A stretch of 64,000 nt of DNA from Bispira polyomma (taxonomy: Eukaryota), in the NCBI GenBank assembly GCA_965649765.1, contig OZ287749.1:21824001-21888000 (forward strand), given 5' to 3'. The notes under the pieces were generated by a model that was not told where the DNA came from, ran no database searches, and saw only the letters and a list, made by a program, of their open reading frames with translations. This document shows positions 11,311 through 24,449 of this stretch, one piece after another. The translations under genes were made by a program, and so were the position numbers. Numbering within the stretch: position 1 is the stretch's first letter; every line of letters begins with the position of its first letter.

Positions 11311-12169
11311 ATGGAGAATTAGAAGGGGGAAAGTTGTGAACTTTGAATAGAATTTTGGATTCTAAAAAAAAAATACTTTTGCCCTAAGTAGGTGCATTGA
11401 ATAGCCAAAATGGTTAATGGAAAAACAACCTTAAAAGGGGGGATATGTATTTTTGAGCTGTAGGATGTGTGTGGCATCTGTAAAGAGTTACACTGATCAG
11501 TTGCCTAAGAATAAAATGTACTGTAGTTTGCCCCCTTTTTTTTACAAAAGTGGAACTATTGTAAAAAATCAATGTTGATGTTCAAAAAAAAAAAAAAAAA
11601 AAAAAATTATGGAAATATATATCATATAATTTAACTATCCACAGTAGGTCTCTATGTTTTAACATAGTTGAATGAAATATACATGATCAACTTTATCAAA
11701 TCATTATGTCATAATAATTACTATTTAAAACATTGCCAACACTGCTCGGACACCAGGCTTACTTCTAATGTAATACCTGCTGAACTATTAGACATTTAGT
11801 GGCATCAGAACACCATTAGAAATTTAAATAATGAATCCACGGATGGTCTTAAAAATGGAAGGAAATATCGTCATTGATGTAACATTATCATATTTAAGAA
11901 ATCTATAAATATTTTAAAGTTCTGTGTTACAGTAGATCTGGTATAAAAGTAAAAAATAAAATTAATGTATTAAAATACCCCCTCCCACCCTATGCAGATT
12001 TTGGAATGATAATGAATTTATATGAATGTCCTTGTTAAAAGCTCATTCAATGGTCATTATTAATTCATATTCTCCTCTCTCAATAGGTCATGGTCAAATT
12101 AGAAATTTTCGAGCCATTAAAATAAGTAATGCAAAGTGGCAAGCAGATTATGTCCACTTAAGGCAATAC

Positions 12170-12375
12170 AAACTAGATAATGTACCTGCAATTCAGGTTG
12201 CAACCAGATATAATTCACAATTCTGGTGGTAAATAAAAAAATGTACAATTGATGTGGTGAACCAAATAATGTACAGTTTAATTATTAACCAGGTAATGTA
12301 TAATTAAGGTAGTAGCCAGATGATGTAAAATTAAGGTAACAGGCCAAATAATTTACAATTAAGGTATTTCATCAG
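12170..12375 (+). repeat. Degenerate ~28-bp minisatellite, left part
   Basis: Units resembling aatgtacaattaaggtagtaaccagat; array resumes at 13478. Confidence 0.7.
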
Positions 12376-12384
12376 ATGTACTAG

Positions 12385-13460
12385 TCATTTCACGGACAGC
12401 ATGAGTTTTCAGTCGCTCAAATACCTTACGGTATTTACATATAACAACAATTTGTTTACTAAAGGTCACCCAATAAGAAACAACTGTTGTATTAGCAAAA
12501 GACTGGTTTACCCGCCATAACTATTGTGGGGCCATTATTAGACCTGAAAGCAAAGAGTAAACATCACAAATTTATTGGAAACAGCAGCCATATTAAAATT
12601 TTAGTGTTTTTGTTCAAGTTAACGAATTTAAAGCTTCAGGTTCTTTTTTTTTTTTAGTTATTTGATTTTAAACTTACATCTTATACACGTGATTTACATG
12701 CTGTGGATATTATTATAGTGTTATAAAAGTGTGACATAAAGAACTCTCGATAGAAAATAACAATGGGGAGAGGAAAAAAGCGGCAAAGTGGTCAACCAGT
12801 AGCCTCATGTTTTAAGTGTAATGTACTGCACACATGACCAGTAGGCAACCGGTTAGCTAACAAGTGGCTATGCCCAGTTAGAGCAGTTACCACACTATTT
12901 CAAACATGTCCTAAGCGCACAAAAAGTTTGTATATAATAATTATATCCAATGGCAGCACAGGCTCCATTATTAGGAGACCCAACACAACAAAGAATCCAC
13001 ATTATAAATACAAAACAAAACATCACAGACAATCTTAAAAAAATTCTGACAAACTTTAACATACCCTTAGAATGTCACTCATTCTATTGTTTTAGAAGGT
13101 CAGGAGCCTCCCTGGCCTTCAATCACAATGTCAAACTTCAACATATACAAAAACACGGCTGTTGGAAGTCTGACGCTGTTTGGGCTTATCTAGAATCGAC
13201 CTCCGAAGCCCTTGAATCATCCCCTCTTCCTTTGCTTCCATTATCCCCACTTTCTTGTTGTTGGGCTTTGGCATTTATTTCAAAATATTAATCAATTTTA
13301 AAATTATTGTATAGTTCTACATAGAAGCAAAGGTTTAAATAAATCTATCCCAAACAGCGTCAGAGGTTTTCCACTGCCTTATCACTCAAACACATCTCCA
13401 AATACCTGAACCTTCAACCAAGAGGTCTTACACAGTGACCTTTTGGGGTCAAAACTTCTC
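12385..13460 (+). mobile_element. Internally deleted YR retrotransposon related to 650-7149
   Basis: A-like leader (gccattatta..caaagagtaaa..gccatattaaaatttta); gag start MGRGKK...CFKCNVLHT*PVGNR at 12763 fused to YR C-terminus (KWLCPVRA...FRRSGASLAFNHNVKLQHIQKHGCWKSDAVWAYLES); then B-like sequence (ttgggctttggcat...ccaaacagc). Confidence 0.8.
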
Positions 13461-13477
13461 AATCACATTTGCAGCCA

Positions 13478-13592
13478 CTGATGTACAATTTAGGTAGTGT
13501 GAACCAAATAATGTACAATTTATACATGTAACTAGATAATATAACTTTAAGGTAGTAACCATTTTAATGTACAATTTAGGTAGTAAACCAGA
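13478..13592 (+). repeat. Degenerate ~28-bp minisatellite, right part
   Basis: Same unit as 12170-12375. Confidence 0.7.
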
Positions 13593-14159
13593 CAGGAGGT
13601 ATCTATATATATTCAGCTTAGTGGAAGCTTTTAACTTTATATACAGGATGGGACTAAATATTCATAAAATATCTTCATGACCTAATCCCCCATAGTTTCA
13701 AGGCTTTTAGTATATGTGTTATTTTTACCTCACTCTATAATGTAGCTGTGAATATTTTAGCAGCCACGTGATGCCTTTCCCCTTATTACTGCCTCCCGTG
13801 TCAGCAGCGCTTTGTTTGTGCATTGAGATAGTGTCCTTTGAGACATAAAAAACATCCAACAGAGATGAATGTTTGCAGACATCCGTCAATCCCTCATCTA
13901 TATTTTTTTTAAATCTCAGCACTAGTTTTTTTTCGGTGAAAATTCACAAAGTGTTTGGCAAATTGTATCAAGTTTTGAATTATTTACACAAGAGGCAACT
14001 ACCAAGTTTTTAGGTAATAGTAGATTGTGTTGCATGCAGATGTGTTTAAAAACATTAAATTATAATATAAACTATCCAACAGCTGAACATCTTAAATTAC
14101 AAATTAACAATGCAAAAGACCAATAGACTGAATTTACTGCTTCAATGAGTATATATGAA

Positions 14160-14315
14160 CAGTCAAATCCCTTTCAGTAGAATCCTGTTAATTCGATTGA
14201 TCTTTTATTGTGAAGAAAACTGTATGTAGTCCAACAACAGTCTTTTAAAATCTACCATGTTAGGTGGAGGTATTTCTCCTGGTCCCTTGAGGTTCGACTT
14301 AAAGAGGTTAAACTG
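14160..14315. mobile_element. Tc1/mariner (pogo/Tigger-like) MITE
   Basis: cagtcaaatccct... / ...agaggttaaactg|ta termini. Confidence 0.45.
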
Positions 14316-14699
14316 TACTTGTAATTAACCGTCTTGAGGGTGATTTTGAAAGAAACCAAACAGCATGGGCGATAAACGCTTAGAAATTACCATACTTTTA
14401 TTAATTCACCAAAAAATTAAGTATCATAAATACAAAAACAGAAAAATCTCTCCCAAAAATCCCTATCCTAAATATAGTTCATGGGTCTTTTCAAAAGCTT
14501 GTCGACTGATCCCAGTGATATCTCATACAGCACGAAATTTGTTGATTAAAGAAGTGAAACAAGAAAACCTCCCCAAAGTTCTTGCTTTGTCAACCCTTTA
14601 CTGACCTTCACTGACACGAAGTTTATCTTAAACCTGCAGGTTTCCTTATCCCCACAGAAAAAAGTAATCTCACCTAAATAGCTATTTAATCTACCAGAA

Positions 14700-14860
14700 A
14701 ACTGTGACGTAATAGCGATGCCCTGGAAAACTGTTGACCCGTGGGGAATATTGGCAATTCCAGTTTAATGTTGTGATTAAAGCGAGATCTACAGAGAGGG
14801 GAGGGGTAAGGGGAGAGGGGGGGGGGGCGGGGGGCGTGGCAAGCTGTCAAGTGACATGTC
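14700..14860. promoter_or_regulatory. G-rich candidate regulatory site (GC box/KLF, CRE-like, potential G-quadruplex)
   Basis: tgacgtaa at ~14705; ggggaggggtaaggggagagggggggggggcgggggcgtggc at 14797-14840. Confidence 0.3.
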
Positions 14861-15294
14861 CATTGAAAAAAAAAAGAGATTGGCAAAACTGAGATCAGAT
14901 TTAGTTTTGCAGAACAAAATGCCTGCTGTTATTTTATACTGTTTTGGTGATTTGTCTGAGCTCTCTGGGTTTTAATTTTCATCTTGATATTAATAAACAG
15001 AAATCTTTTGTGTTTTTTTTTTCATTATATCTCTTATTTGCCATATCAAAAAAATACGATTTCAAATTTCATTACACAATCTTAAATCTAGAATTCTAAT
15101 TTATAATAGTGATTTATTAAAGCAAGTGCATATATAATTTATTTGATGGTAGCTATTTTTAACAAGAACCATTTTGCAATTTACATAGTACCAGAAGGTA
15201 TTTTTTTTGCAAAAGCATCATTATTTATGGTTAGGATATGCATATTTTTGGCAAAGGCTGCCTTTCATGTTCTTGAATATATGCCATCTCTGCT

Positions 15295-15551
15295 GGAGGC
15301 CGCGGTGGCCTAGTGGTTAGCAAGCATTGCGCCTCACAATCACTGGTCTCTCACCTCTGGGCGGCGTGAGTTCGAATCCCGTCGATGCCTATGTGGGAAA
15401 GGTGGTAGTTCCTTACTGTGGGCTGCTGGTTTCTCTGCAGAACCTTGACCGACTGTATGCAGTGTTTCCTCCAGCGTTTCCAACTACCCGTCCCAATATA
15501 ACCTACTAAAAGGTACTAGAGTGGACGTTAAATATCCGAATTCAAATTCAA
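15295..15551 (+). mobile_element. tRNA-derived SINE, full length
   Basis: A box tggcctagtgg, B box gttcgaatc, (aaattc)n tail, 14-bp TSD atgccatctctgct. Confidence 0.92.
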
Positions 15552-15563
15552 ATGCCATCTCTG

Positions 15564-15742
15564 CTATTAGTTAATACTAATAGAAGAAAGCTAACCTATT
15601 AGTTAAAACTAATAGAAGAAAGCTAACCTATTAGTTAAAACTAATAAAAGAAAGCTAAACTTTTAGTTAAAACTAATAGAAGAAAGCCAACCTGTTAGTT
15701 AAAACTAATAGGAGAAAGCTAACCTATTAGTTAATACTAATA
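15564..15742. repeat. 32-bp tandem repeat with palindromic core (resumes at 16270-16336)
   Basis: Unit ctattagttaaaactaatagaagaaagctaac, about 5.5 copies; interrupted by a LINE fragment. Confidence 0.85.
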
Positions 15743-15744
15743 TT

Positions 15745-16035
15745 GTATTGTATTCTACATTTTTAACACGCCTTATTGATGCTGGGCATCTTCTAAGGCG
15801 CAACATCAGAATCAATCAGCCAATAGAAAAATGAAAAAACATAGCCAGGTCGTAAGGATGGATGCATCAGCGCCCAGGAGAAGGACTATGGCAGATAGGT
15901 GAGCCTGAAGAGATAGGTTTTAAGCCTTTTCCTAAAACCAGAAAGTGAATCAAGCAGTCTGAGTTCAACTGGAAGACTGTTCCATAACATAGGGGCGGCG
16001 ACCGAGAAGGCTCTAAATCCAACCCTCTTGGTGGG
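15745..16035 (-). mobile_element. L2-like LINE 3' fragment
   Basis: Minus strand reads GFRAFSVAAPMLWNSLPVELRLLDSLSGFRKRLKTYLFR, then a 3' UTR with (aatac)n tail. Confidence 0.75.
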
Positions 16036-17139
16036 TTTTTTAGAGGAAACGGAGTCTTTTTCCCCTTTTAAGGCTGCTGAAGGAGAGCTTAGTAGCGAGG
16101 TAGTGAGGCTAAAAAAAAATGGTTACGTTGAGGTATGGAGTGACATCAGTACGAATTCCCAAATGAAAGATGACTCTACATAGATAGTTTTGAATGGACT
16201 GCAACTTGTTTATGTGGGACTTATTGGCTTCATACAGAAGAGAGTTACAGTAGTCAAGGCGGCTACTTACAATAGAAGAAAGCAAACCTATTAGTTAATA
16301 CTAATAGAAGAAAACAAACCTATTATTTAATACTAAGTTTTCATTGCATAATTCTGGAAAGGTAAATGTATTCATTTATTGTTCAAACAGTGTACACAAA
16401 ATCCGGTTCCACATTATGGTAATACATTCTAACTGATTCAATAATCTTTATTTTAAATAATTACAATGAAGTTCTGACCTTTTAAATAAAACAATGCTGA
16501 TGCCTGGCATTGTACTTTTTCCACGAATGCATTACATATTTACAATATGGCTGAGCCTGATAAAAATGTATACAGCCATACTTTAGAGTCATAATTCTGA
16601 GGCAAATGAGTTGCAACATTTCTGACATGGCAATTTACAAATTTCAAGTTGTTTCCTGAAAGATCAGAGGTAAAGGCAGATGTAGAATTGTGGTTTACTT
16701 TTGCTAAATGACAATTCCTGTGCCAGTCACATAGTCAGACACTTCACAAAACCCTTACACAACAATAGCACACGGGCAGGAAGTGGGCATCTATTTAACA
16801 AGCAATCTCTTGCCATTACTAATTAAGTTCTGCTGAATGATATTTTGTTATGGATAAGACCAAATTTAATCTGGTTTCAAGCTTTATTACCTATATACTA
16901 CAGAATGAACACCAGACAACTACTATGTTGAATAATTTGTACTCTTGAATTACCTCGGCACTTTCGGTTCGTTGGATTTAATACAATTCTTAGACTCAGC
17001 TGCCAAAAGATTACCAGACAATTTTCAAGTTGCAAAAGCATAAACACTGATAATCAATATTCAAAACAAGAACGAGCCATATCTGAAAAGAACAGTCCAA
17101 GACATTATCCAGTCCACATACAATGATCATTTGGGGCAT

Positions 17140-17320
17140 GAACCCACCTTGGAAGGGAAAGCTAACCAAAACAGGTAAGTTTTAAGCTTACTTAAGGAGG
17201 ATAATAGAGTTGAAGCTGTCTTGATTTGAGTAGGAAACATGTTCCATTCTAAAGTAGCTGCCACAACAAAAGAACGTGAGCCATATTTATTGGATGCCAC
17301 AAGACAAACATTTGCCATAA
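17140..17320 (-). mobile_element. L2-like LINE 3' fragment
   Basis: YGSRSFVVAATLEWNMFP...KLKTYLF in ORF 17127-17381. Confidence 0.7.
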
Positions 17321-17354
17321 GTGAGTCCACTGACAATAATAATAATAATAATAA

Positions 17355-17620
17355 TTGTTTTTTAAAAAGACATCGGCGCACAGTGTGACCCCTCAGTTTG
17401 ACCTAAATTGCATTTCAAAGAAGAGTGAAATAATGGATACTCTTTCTGTACTAGTGGAATCCGGGTCCGCTATTACACCAGAGACCTTGCTCATGTCACA
17501 CTTCCCGGCGGTGGTTGATAATCGTCTGACATAAATCTAACACCCCCTCAGTTTCGTCGGGTCGATTGTTTTTAACCAATCCATGAAGTTGTTACATATT
17601 TCCAGCACAGCGCCTGATAT
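17355..17620. mobile_element. Helentron/HINE-like repeat family 2 (diverged copy)
   Basis: Shares aaaagacat.ggcgcacagtg, aaatct.acaccccctcagttt, atccatgaa, gcgcctgat with copies at 54335, 60718, 62059. Confidence 0.5.
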
Positions 17621-18744
17621 TTATACATGTACTGCATCCAAAGTTATGTGTATTACCCAGTACACTGTGTAATAAGTATAAGATGTAAGCAACGTACTAT
17701 TAGTTTGGCAAAAAAAGACACTATTTTCAAATGGTCATCTAAACTGCCATGTATCTGCTTGTACCAGGGAATGCCACACTTTAATAAAAAAAAAAACCCA
17801 GGTCTTATCCACTAAGTTCCATTCAAATGTGAATTTCTGCAATATGAATCAGCTTCCTATGGTGTGAGCTTGGATGATAAGAAACAAGGGAACACTAAGT
17901 CATAAAAAGGCACTGTTTAGGCTTTTATTAGTTCTAATACAGCCAAGCATTTGTTTTCTCTTCTGAATTGGTCTCACGATGAAGGGTTATCGTTGAATAA
18001 ATGAATGCCTTAATTTATATCAGAAACATATTTTGTCTAAGACCTGGTTGTAGTATTTTCTAATATATGTAGATTCCACATAATTTTGTAATCATTATAT
18101 ATGTATATCCAAATCTAGATTATATATAGGAACAATGACAGCATGCGTTAATGCTTTACCCCACATATATGAGATATATATATATATAGAGAGAGAGAGA
18201 GATATCTTTAGCATCCTTACAAAAGAGGGGATAATCAGTTTCAATAGGTGACATCCCCTGTATGTGAATTGACTCATCAAAGAAGCATTAGATGTTTTAT
18301 GCATTATTCATACATCTCATATATGTCCTCTCCAATTTAAGGGCCTGTGTTATAGTAACATTCCTCCCTTGCCAATCTCCCCACAGAGAGAAACACAAAG
18401 ATAAAATACTGGTGAATTAGAAATTTTAAACTATTAATTTTAGCAAGTTAATTCATGATCTTGGATAGTAAAAATTAATTCTCAGTAAAAACAAATTAGT
18501 TGTATTAATTTTTTACCAAAATATTGCTTTTAATGAAATTGATTTTTAAATAAATATAGTGAATTAGTAAAGTTTTCTTCCAGTTAAAATGTCCACCTTT
18601 TTTTCAGAAAATGTTAATCAACATTATGTGATGTATATAGTGAATGAACTATTTTATCTCAAGCATTTTCAAAAAGCACAACTGGCAAAGGAAACATTTA
18701 GTTTGGAGTCTATTTAGAACCATGTGAGATCAGTTTAAGTGTAA

Positions 18745-19406
18745 AGGGGAGAATATACCTATCCGATTTTGCTTCGGGATCCGTCATCCAATGTAATTTG
18801 CAGATACACTACATCCCAAAAACTGGGGGCCGGGGTGGCCTAGTGCTTAGCAAGCATTGTGCTTCACAGTCACTGGTCTCTCACCTCTGGGTGGCGTGAG
18901 TTCGAATCCCGTCGATGCCTATGTGGGAAAGGTGGTAGTTCCTTACTGTGGGCTGCTGGTTTCTCTGCAGAACCTTGACCGACTGTATGCAGTGTTTCCT
19001 CCAGCATTTTCAACTACCCGTCCCAATATAACCTACTAAAAGGTACTAGAGTGGACGTTAAATATCCAAATTCAAATTCAAACATCCAAAAAACTGGACA
19101 TTTTTTCTAGTATTTATGTTTTGAAAAATCAGAAAAAAAATCAATGAAATGACTTCACTTTCCCATCCGTCATCCTAAAAAACGGTCTAAAGGGGGGAAG
19201 TGGGGACTAGACTTGGCCGATTTTGCTCCCTAATCCACCAACCGTCGCACAGGTGTATTCACCCCTTTAGCCCAATTATGAACATTCCGCTCCCAATTAG
19301 CATGTGTTTTCTCCTCTATTTTTAAAAATTTTAATTTAATCAGATGACGGAAATAGACGTCGGATGACGGATTCGGAAGAAAAATCGGCCAGGTATATTC
19401 GCCTCT
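18745..19406. mobile_element. MITE with ~45-bp TIRs (Kolobok-like) interrupted by a SINE
   Basis: aggggagaatatacctatccgatttt..cgggatccgtcatcc / ggatgacggattcggaagaaaaatcggccaggtatattcgcctct, flanked by taa/ttaa-like sequence. Confidence 0.7.
18825..19081 (+). mobile_element. tRNA-derived SINE, full length
   Basis: Near-identical to 15295-15551; TSD acatcc.aaaaact. Confidence 0.92.
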
Positions 19407-19619
19407 TAATACTATGGCTGCATACATACAGGCACACAGCATGGTGGATGTAGAGAAACATTAAACTAGTAGATTCTATATATATATATAGCCAAGACGC
19501 ATGCTCTTTTTAAAGCTGTGGTAGAATCTAAAATTAAATAGTGTGTCTGACTTTTAAAACGCACTCAATAAACAAATATAGATGACTTTAATAGTCTTGT
19601 ATATGGGAGGGCTTTCATA

Positions 19620-20408
19620 TGTTACGGTCATGGGAGCAAGCACGGTAGCAATACCGGTTGCTTTTAGGTTGTAACAGGAAAAGACAAAAAGTTTCACTTA
19701 ACAAATTTATTAACAAATAAAATAACAATTACAGAATTACAGAATTACAGACTTACAGTCAACCGAGATACTCTTAATGGTTCATACAATAATACAATAA
19801 TGAAACCAATCTGACCTGACCACAGTCCTGTCCACATAAATAACAATTAAACAAGTTTGTCCACTGTATCCAGCAATCTGTCTTGAAATCCGCTCGGTAT
19901 CCACACAATGCCTGTATCCTGTTATCCGTTCGGTGTCCACAAACACAAAATGTATATATCCAGAGAGTCTGCACAACTAAGCTATCCAGTCCAGGATGCA
20001 AACAATATCCAATATGCAGTAAATCCAATCTCTGGTAGATCCACAACTTTTTTCTAGTTCACTCCAATGAGTTCACCACAAAAACATATATAGTAATCAG
20101 TTTATATCCACAGGAAAAGAAATAAAATGTTTCACAGTATAGCAGTTCATATAGCACACCAACTCAATAACCTCTGGTCTGTGGCCAGGCTGTCAATCCT
20201 TATATATACCACTGCTAGAGAAGGTTGCCAGAATATGTGAACAATTGCTAGAATGTTCCAGATTGAGATGTAAACAAATAAGGACAGCTTCAATAACAAC
20301 AGAAACAAAATAGAAACAGCTTCTAGAAGCTTAGGGGTTTCCCCAAATCTATAAATAGATCACTCTAGCAGAGTGCTTTAACATACCACAATGTCCTTAT
20401 ATGTAACA
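19620..20408 (-). mobile_element. Solo LTR of the Gmr1-like family
   Basis: Reverse complement of the 32351-33125 LTR; TGTTAC...GTAACA termini; flanks cata/tata (4-bp TSD, 1 mismatch). Confidence 0.93.
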
Positions 20409-21399
20409 TATACCACTAAGTGTGAATCTGTATAAACTATGTTATTATTGACAGGGGCACAATTGTATCATATCATTCGTACACACAAAAGTAGCCTATT
20501 TGGGCTGCAGGCACATACAACCATATATATACATGCATATTCACGTGTGAAGATGATGTCTATTCTAACTTAAACAGAGAGGTTACCATAAAGTTTGAAA
20601 ATGGCTGGTTGTATTCTGTATATCATTTAGTAAAAGTTTGCAAACACCTTGGAGGAATGAAATAGAATGAAATTGATGTAATTCTGGTAAAAGTAAGACT
20701 ACTGCAGTATATATGTTAAAACCTGTTCTTCCTTTATTATGCAGTTCATTTGAAAGCTGGATATAATTAAAATTAGACAAAGTTGGTGATACAGACACGA
20801 GATTCAACTTCATCTGAACAATCAACATACTACATTGAGGAGTATTAGTAATAATTTCAGTGTAAACTTCAAGTGTTATGTCTAAATGAAACTATTTATT
20901 TCTCAACGGAAAACAAAATATTTAGAGCCTGGTAAAAAAAATCCATCATTCTTTAATAACTGGGCGATTGATTGTTGTATTTTAAGGAATTGAAACTTTA
21001 ACCACTGCAATCTAACATGTAATTGGAATGTTTCTTGATATTCTTGCTATAATGCCACACATATGCTGCATGAAAGAAGGAACGTGTTAAAAGATGGACT
21101 CGGGTGGATATTTGCTGTTATAAACAGAAATCCTTGTAAGTATACGTTTACCATATATGGTATTTTTGTTACACCTTTTACTCATTTAATAGAATTCATT
21201 GATTTTGTTGTTGGTATTATAGTATTTAGATCAGTGACCCTTATTTTCTCAGTCAAAATGTGTTTGTCTTAAATAATATTTGTTGAAATAGATTGTAGAT
21301 TTAGATGCTCACCAGACAGTCTATTAATTTAGCTGGAAGAAAATTTTACTCATTTTTAATTTTTTTAAGAAGGCCACAGGGATTCACTATTGACTATAT

Positions 21400-21722
21400 A
21401 TTTGCTCCCAAAAATAGATTCCTTCTTGTTCCAAAATATAAGTCCAAAGTACACAGGTCAAAGTTCACTTTGATAAAAGTTTTGCAAATGATGCCTCTAC
21501 CCTATAGACTAGTTTACCTCAACACTTTAGGACACCTCAGTCCCTGTATTCCTTCCGGCACAGTTTAAAGACCTATCTGTTCAATAATGCATTCCCTCCA
21601 TAGTCTCTTTCCCGTTCTCGGTGGACGCATTGATGACGACTTTCTTCTGTCTATCACCAATGATTTTTTACTCTGGCTGTGGTTTTTTGCGCTAAAAAAG
21701 TCTGATATATTATTATTATTAT
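21400..21722 (+). mobile_element. L2-like LINE 3' fragment
   Basis: Same family as 26905-27320 (PKYKSKVHRS..FDKSFANDA; UTR ttctcggtggacgcattgatga; (att)n tail). Confidence 0.75.
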
Positions 21723-22169
21723 ATTTTGTTGGTTGAAGTATCAACACAAGTTATAATTTTCACTGGACAGTATTTTCACTATCCCAACTCATTTAACTAA
21801 TATAGCTAACATTAATTCCAGCTGACAAGTTTCATGTATATAAAGTATATATAGATGCTTGATTAAATGAAGCAGTAGGGGGAATTTTAATTGTTTCCAG
21901 ACACTCCTGCATAAGTCTGCTTAAGGGATGCCAAATTGCGGGTGGTGGGAAGTAGCAGAAAAAAAACAGTGATGAGGGAGAATTTGTTTGACACGTATCT
22001 GCACATTGCATGTCAAGACAAACCACCAATTGAATCAATCAGATGTTCAATGACCTAGTGAGGTAGGCTACAGACCTGCAATGAACCATGTCACCACATC
22101 AGTGATTGGTTTGGCAATAGGGTTTTGTTGAAAATTAGGTAATAACGTTTAGGATGAGAATACAACTAC

Positions 22170-22712
22170 TTAAGGGCTATACAGCCCACCGACTATCCAA
22201 CACAACACTTGTACACTATAAAAGTAATAAAAATAAGGCAATATATAGAGGTTATTCAGACTGCTCCATACACGACACGACACTAGAAGACATGGCAATT
22301 GAACTTGGAGAAATCTCTAAAAAAAAACGTTGTGTCGTTAGGTTACCTTATATGTAATATGTAGCAAACTCATTTATGAACAGTACAGTCGTGCCGTGTC
22401 TTCCCATCTACTGTAGTGTTATGTACAAACCACCGACGACTACACAACACTACACTACACAAGTAATAGCAATAGGACTATATATATAGAGGCTACTTAG
22501 ACTTCTCCCTACACGACACTACACAACACGGCAATTAAACTTAGAGAACTCTCTAAAAAAAACATTGTTTTGTTATGGGGGTAGGGGGGGGGGGTCATTC
22601 ACACACATAAATGGATTATTTGATGTGAACAGTAATGACGTGGCGTGGCATGCCATCCCCTGTAGTGTGGTGCAGTGCAGTCGGCGATGTTTGTAAAGCC
22701 TGTAAGTATAGC
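22170..22712. repeat. MITE-like element with an internal ~240-bp tandem duplication
   Basis: 22190-22340 repeated at 22436-22575; cgacta..acac motifs inverted at 22660-22690. Confidence 0.5.
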
Positions 22713-24149
22713 TATGTTTCCCTCTGCCAAAGAGGTTTTTGGTCTGACTTTGTTGGTTTGAAGATCTGTTTGTCACCAGCATTACACGAAAAATACTGAA
22801 CCAGGTTTTTGTCTTCATTTTTTGGGCACTGTGGTACCTTAGCGAAGGTATGCTCTATACTGAGTGCTGTTCTAGTTGTCTAATAGATTTCTGGATATTT
22901 GACAATTACATATATTACATTTTTAAACGTTCAATATATAGTTTTATTCACCCATAGAACTACAGAACTTATTGTCATGATATTAGGGGTATAGACTTTA
23001 AACATAAATACATAGAATTTTAGCGTTGATCCGGGTAAAACGGCAGATCCATTTTTTTTTGTGTGTTTTGTTTTTTAAAATTTTGGTACTTTAACAGAAG
23101 TTTGCACTCTACCAAGTGCTCCCACTGGATTGAAATGTTTTAGCAATTCGAGTTGTATTGGTACTAATCTTATATATAACTTGAGTTTAACCGAAGATTT
23201 ACAAAACGTGGATGCAAAATGGAAAAAATCTTTTTATTTTCCTTTGCAATCCACTTCTTAACAAACCTAACAACCAGCACTTGGTAAAGCTTTTTGGTTA
23301 TGAAACTGGGGTCATCTATAATACAATTTGTCATAAGAACTCAATGTCTTCAGCATAAGCCTGAAGACCCACAACATGTCATTTCAGAGCATGTCTATTC
23401 TGATTCTAACCTAAAACCAAAGAGCTCTGCATTCACTAGTACGGATATCTTATTCGGATCCGTTTTATTAATGGAACTTTAGAAATATTTATTCAATAAG
23501 ATATATATGTATATTGCAATGTTTGTGTTTATCTTTAATATTTAGAGAAGTTTGAGTGGAATAAATTATAATATGAGGATAACTTAAGAATAAGACTAAG
23601 GAAAACATTAGCTAAAGAAATAGTACACTATAACATGACTGTCTCTAAGTGTCCAGATTCATTTCTAGCTACATTTCATCTGAATGTGTTGTAGTAAGAT
23701 GGTTGTGACAAGTTCAAGTGCACTGCCCTGTGTAATGAGGATTCAACTAAGCTAAATCAACTAATAATCCTATTTATCCCATCAAGAGAACATATTCATT
23801 GTCAGGCACAAAGTTAAGAGCTTTAAGTTGTAAATGAAATTTATAATGTATTAAATCATGTTTTTATCTATACAGTTTCAGTAAAAGACCACGTTATATG
23901 GGATTTGAATTACTCATTAGACCTCAAAGTAGATTGCTTTACAAGTGAGCCAAACAAGGTAATATTACCCTCCGAGAATTACTAAATCAATATTTCAATT
24001 TCATTGTATAAATATCTTCATTTTTTGCTTTTGAAGTTGCAATAAACATGAGTTTAAGAACCATTGTTTTTTACAGTCAGGTTCACAATATATTATGGAA
24101 GTGCTCGCCCCCATCTAGAAAACCATTGATCTACTCATATAAATCTACA

Positions 24150-24449
24150 TATTTGTTATATCGCACTTATACAATATAAGGTAATTTCAAATGCGCTTCC
24201 TCATGGTCAGCCACTATGGACGCCGAGGCTTGAGGATGAATATTTATCAACATCCCCAATGATCTTTAACCTGCCTCTGGAGAACTGAAGCAGTGGACAG
24301 CCATTTTTTAGTGGTTATCCGAGCCACTAGGCAAATCCATGTTTACACATTGCCCAATCATATTATCCCACCCCCCAAAAATAGTGGCCGGTACCAGAAC
24401 CCGAAACCTTCTGATCAACAGACTTACTCCCTAACCACTGGACCACCGG
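24150..24449 (-). mobile_element. tRNA-derived SINE (second family)
   Basis: Minus strand ccggtggtccagtggttaggg...cgggttctggtacc head; body ctcggataaccact...gttaaagatc resembles Meta-type SINE cores. Confidence 0.65.

Noticed and set aside
13725-13922. Minus-strand ORF or exon candidate (also 20583-20828, 44647-44940, 55094-55402)
   Set aside because: No recognisable domain or consistent gene model; expected by chance
15295-15385. tRNA genes at SINE heads (also 18825, 27532, 56081)
   Set aside because: A/B boxes are present but there is no cloverleaf; each continues into a shared body and tail with TSDs
15564-15742. Palindromic ~32-bp repeats resembling a CRISPR array
   Set aside because: No unique spacers, no cas genes, eukaryotic context; plain tandem repeat
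17379-17385. CACAGTG (RSS/Transib-like heptamer) in repeat family 2
   Set aside because: Homology among copies extends beyond the motif, so it is internal; no nonamer or TIR pairing seen
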